DNA of 35,582 bases, from positions 1 through 35,582 of the IMG/VR virus record IMGVR_UViG_3300009702_000010; one strand, 5' to 3'. Source of the DNA: a virus. Both the position numbers and the translations under genes were made by a program. Positions 33,679 to 35,582 of this stretch are shown here, one piece after another. The stretch's first letter is position 1. Every line of letters starts with the position of its first letter. A model generated the notes under the pieces. The model did no database searches, was not told where the DNA came from, and was given only the letters and a program-made list of their open reading frames with translations.

Positions 33679-34237
33679 CAGGCCTCCGCGGAAACCAAGC
33701 CGGCCCGGGTTCGGCGGGCTCGCGATCCCTGACACCCCGAGTCAGCGCGCTGGGCCAATGGATCCGGCGGAGGCCGCGCTCCAACTGCTACAGCGGCACG
33801 TCGATCGCTGGGACGCAGAGCGAGCCGAGAACGCGCGCCGCCATGACGGGCACGATGAGGAGATAGACAAGCTCGCCTACAAGGTGGCGAAAGTCGAGGC
33901 GCAGGTGACCGAACTCAAGGCGATCGGAGTCGAGCAACGGGCCACCACGACTGCTGTGGACGCGCTCACCACGCAGGTCGGTCAGCTTAATGGATCGGTG
34001 CTCCGCGTGCTGCGGGACGACGCCCGGGGTGCCCGCGACGACATGGCCACGCGCCAGCAGCTCCACGACCTCGAGCTGCGCGTCATCACGCGAGCCGAGG
34101 AGGACGGAGCGCGGGCAGGTCGGAGCGCCGGAGAGCGACGCGGCACACTGGCCGGCGGCGTGATCGCTCTGCTAACTGTGGTGCTCTACGCGCTCGCGGA
34201 CTGGGGATGGCATGCTATGCAGGCGACGGGACACTGA
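33671..34237 (+). CDS. tail-anchored coiled-coil membrane protein (lysis-accessory candidate), 188 aa
   Basis: A long helical region (...KLAYKVAKVEAQVTELKAIGVEQ...) is followed by a single C-terminal hydrophobic segment LAGGVIALLTVVLYALADWGW. It overlaps the upstream gene by 8 nt. Confidence 0.6.
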   Translation: MADRPPRKPSRPGFGGLAIPDTPSQRAGPMDPAEAALQLLQRHVDRWDAERAENARRHDGHDEEIDKLAYKVAKVEAQVTELKAIGVEQRATTTAVDALTTQVGQLNGSVLRVLRDDARGARDDMATRQQLHDLELRVITRAEEDGARAGRSAGERRGTLAGGVIALLTVVLYALADWGWHAMQATGH

Positions 34238-34491
34238 TGCCGCTCGCCCAGGCCGTTCTAGCCGTTCTCCTGGCGCTTCCCGCGCCGTACTGCCCGCCCC
34301 GCGCTACCTGCTCGACGGAGACGCAGCATCGCGCCCACCTCGAGGTCGTGGCCAGGGCGATAGCTGGCGCCGCTGACAGGGCTACCTGCTCGGGCACATG
34401 GAGCCAGGCCGCCGATGACGTGTGCCAGCCGCTCTGGCCTGGCTCCGCCCGCGAGCTCGCCGCGGTGCTCGTGGCAGTAGGTTGGTGGTAG
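34237..34491 (+). CDS. secreted/membrane Cys-containing protein, 84 aa as written (frame stays coding-like past its TAG)
   Basis: The ATG shares one nt with the upstream TGA. It has an N-terminal signal-like MPLAQAVLAVLLALPAP. About 81 percent of third positions are G/C (hand count). It ends ...AVGWW then TAG 34489-34491. Confidence 0.55.
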   Translation: MPLAQAVLAVLLALPAPYCPPRATCSTETQHRAHLEVVARAIAGAADRATCSGTWSQAADDVCQPLWPGSARELAAVLVAVGWW

Positions 34492-34834
34492 TCTCGGCTG
34501 TCATGGCGGGTCCAAGCGGGCCGGTGCCCCTGGTCGGGCTGCTCGCGCTGGAATCGCCGGGCTCACTCGATCTGGCAGGTAGAGCGCTCTCCAGCGGTCT
34601 CAGCGACGCTCTGGCGAGGGATCGTCGGCACCCGGCCTGTGCAGGTGCAGGAGGCCGCGTGGACCGCTGCGAGGCTCCTGGCGCTCGCACGGGGCCGGTG
34701 TGGGCACCGGCGGGCATGGCTGCCGGCTACGATATCCGGCTACGCGACCGGAGCCCGCTGCCACTGGGCAGGTGTCGGCGGCCGGGTCTGGATGGGCAGA
34801 CAGGTCGAAACACGCCTACTACTCTGGAGGACAC

Positions 34835-35582
34835 ATGGACGCCGCGAATGACATTAGCCTTGAGCGATTCGACTGCGTGGCTGGAGAGCTAGCACATTAC
34901 CAGCGGGTTCGTCGTGTGCTCCATTCCGCGCAGCACCCAGCATTTCTCGGCCCAGAGCAGATGGAGCGTTGCCTGCGCCATGATGGGCATGTGTGGCTAT
35001 ACATGCATGCTGGAGAGGACATAGCGACGCTATGGACGGAGCCGCAGAAGGGATTCCCAAACGATCAGCACGGGTTTGTGCTCTCGGTAATAAAGGCCTG
35101 GAAGGGCCGTGGAATAGCGCGACGCATCCTGGTGGAGGACGGTCCGCGCTTTGGGCGAGCGATCGACGGAGTGCTGGCCTGGTTTGCGGATTGCGGTTAC
35201 CAGATTTGCGGCGAGGGAGTCTGGAAGCACAAGCGCCACGTCGTCTATCCGGTATCCAGGGATCCTCGCGACTGGCCCGATCCAGCATCTGAAGCCGGAA
35301 AGCAGGCTGCCAAAGCGCTGGCTGCATCGCGCGAGAATTTCGCAGACGAGCGCAACGCGAAGGCCACGAAACAGCAAGCGCCGGACGCAGCTCCAGAGCC
35401 ATTCGACATGGGCGCAGCTAAACCCTTTGTGGCGCTCGAGGCCGATTCACGAGCTGCACAGCTACGTAACCAGCTGGCGCTGCTGGACACGATGCTTCAG
35501 GCTGCGCTGCGTGACGGCAAATATACTGACGCCCTGAAGATCCAGACGGAAGCGGCTACGATCCTAAGGCATCTAGTATCTG
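34835..35582 (+). CDS. GNAT-like acetyltransferase domain protein with helical C-terminal extension (5' part; continues across the circle junction to nt 143; 255 aa in total)
   Basis: ATG 34835 has GGAGG 4 nt upstream. I translated by hand to the last base of the window and found no stop. ...FVLSVIKAWKGRGIARRILVEDG...LAWFADCGYQICGEG carries the R/Q-x-x-G-x-G/A acetyl-CoA motif. Confidence 0.72.
   Translation, partial: MDAANDISLERFDCVAGELAHYQRVRRVLHSAQHPAFLGPEQMERCLRHDGHVWLYMHAGEDIATLWTEPQKGFPNDQHGFVLSVIKAWKGRGIARRILVEDGPRFGRAIDGVLAWFADCGYQICGEGVWKHKRHVVYPVSRDPRDWPDPASEAGKQAAKALAASRENFADERNAKATKQQAPDAAPEPFDMGAAKPFVALEADSRAAQLRNQLALLDTMLQAALRDGKYTDALKIQTEAATILRHLVS
35460..35582. repeat. Terminal direct repeat copy 2 (identical to 1..123)
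   Basis: See copy 1. Confidence 0.95.

Noticed and set aside
34422-34892. Track ORF of 156 aa (frame 0) as the gene filling the gap before the GNAT-like gene.
   Set aside because: It has a lower third-position G+C (about 69 percent by hand count) than the competing frame. It has no RBS at its internal ATG 34503. It runs 58 nt into the well-supported GNAT-like gene and overlaps the previous gene by 70 nt. This remains uncertain.

Overview
The window is one complete, circularly closed, high-GC dsDNA phage genome: nt 1-123 are identical to nt 35460-35582, giving a 35,459-bp unit. It has two arms. The minus-strand early arm runs from 11496 down to 97. It encodes an XRE-type HTH regulator, a block of small unknown genes including two paralogs, a PD-(D/E)XK exonuclease with an ERF annealase, an NPPF methyltransferase, an SF2 DEAH helicase, a VRR-NUC nuclease, a 4xCxxC zinc-ribbon protein, a VirE-like P-loop protein, a (Gly-X)34 low-complexity protein, a Fis-type HTH protein and an ASCH protein. 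The plus-strand late arm runs from 12104 to the window end and across the junction to 143. It encodes small and large terminase, portal, scaffold, major capsid, connector-sized proteins and a 1341-aa tail protein. It also carries an S74-chaperone fibre gene split by an 8-bp tandem duplication, two large ejection-type proteins, a LamG-like protein and a lysis region with a PG_binding_1 endolysin. Its last gene is GNAT-like and is missing from the ORF track because it crosses the window ends. The arms diverge from a ~600-bp non-coding region that carries three 18-bp direct repeats, and they converge with a 47-bp 3' overlap. I recognised no tRNA, rRNA, CRISPR array, integrase, transposase, DNA polymerase, tail tube, sheath or tape-measure gene. 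Podovirus-like morphology and a non-integrating lifestyle are therefore inferences. All domain calls come from motif recognition by eye, not from database searches. Many long ORFs in the track are antisense or off-frame artefacts of the high GC content.
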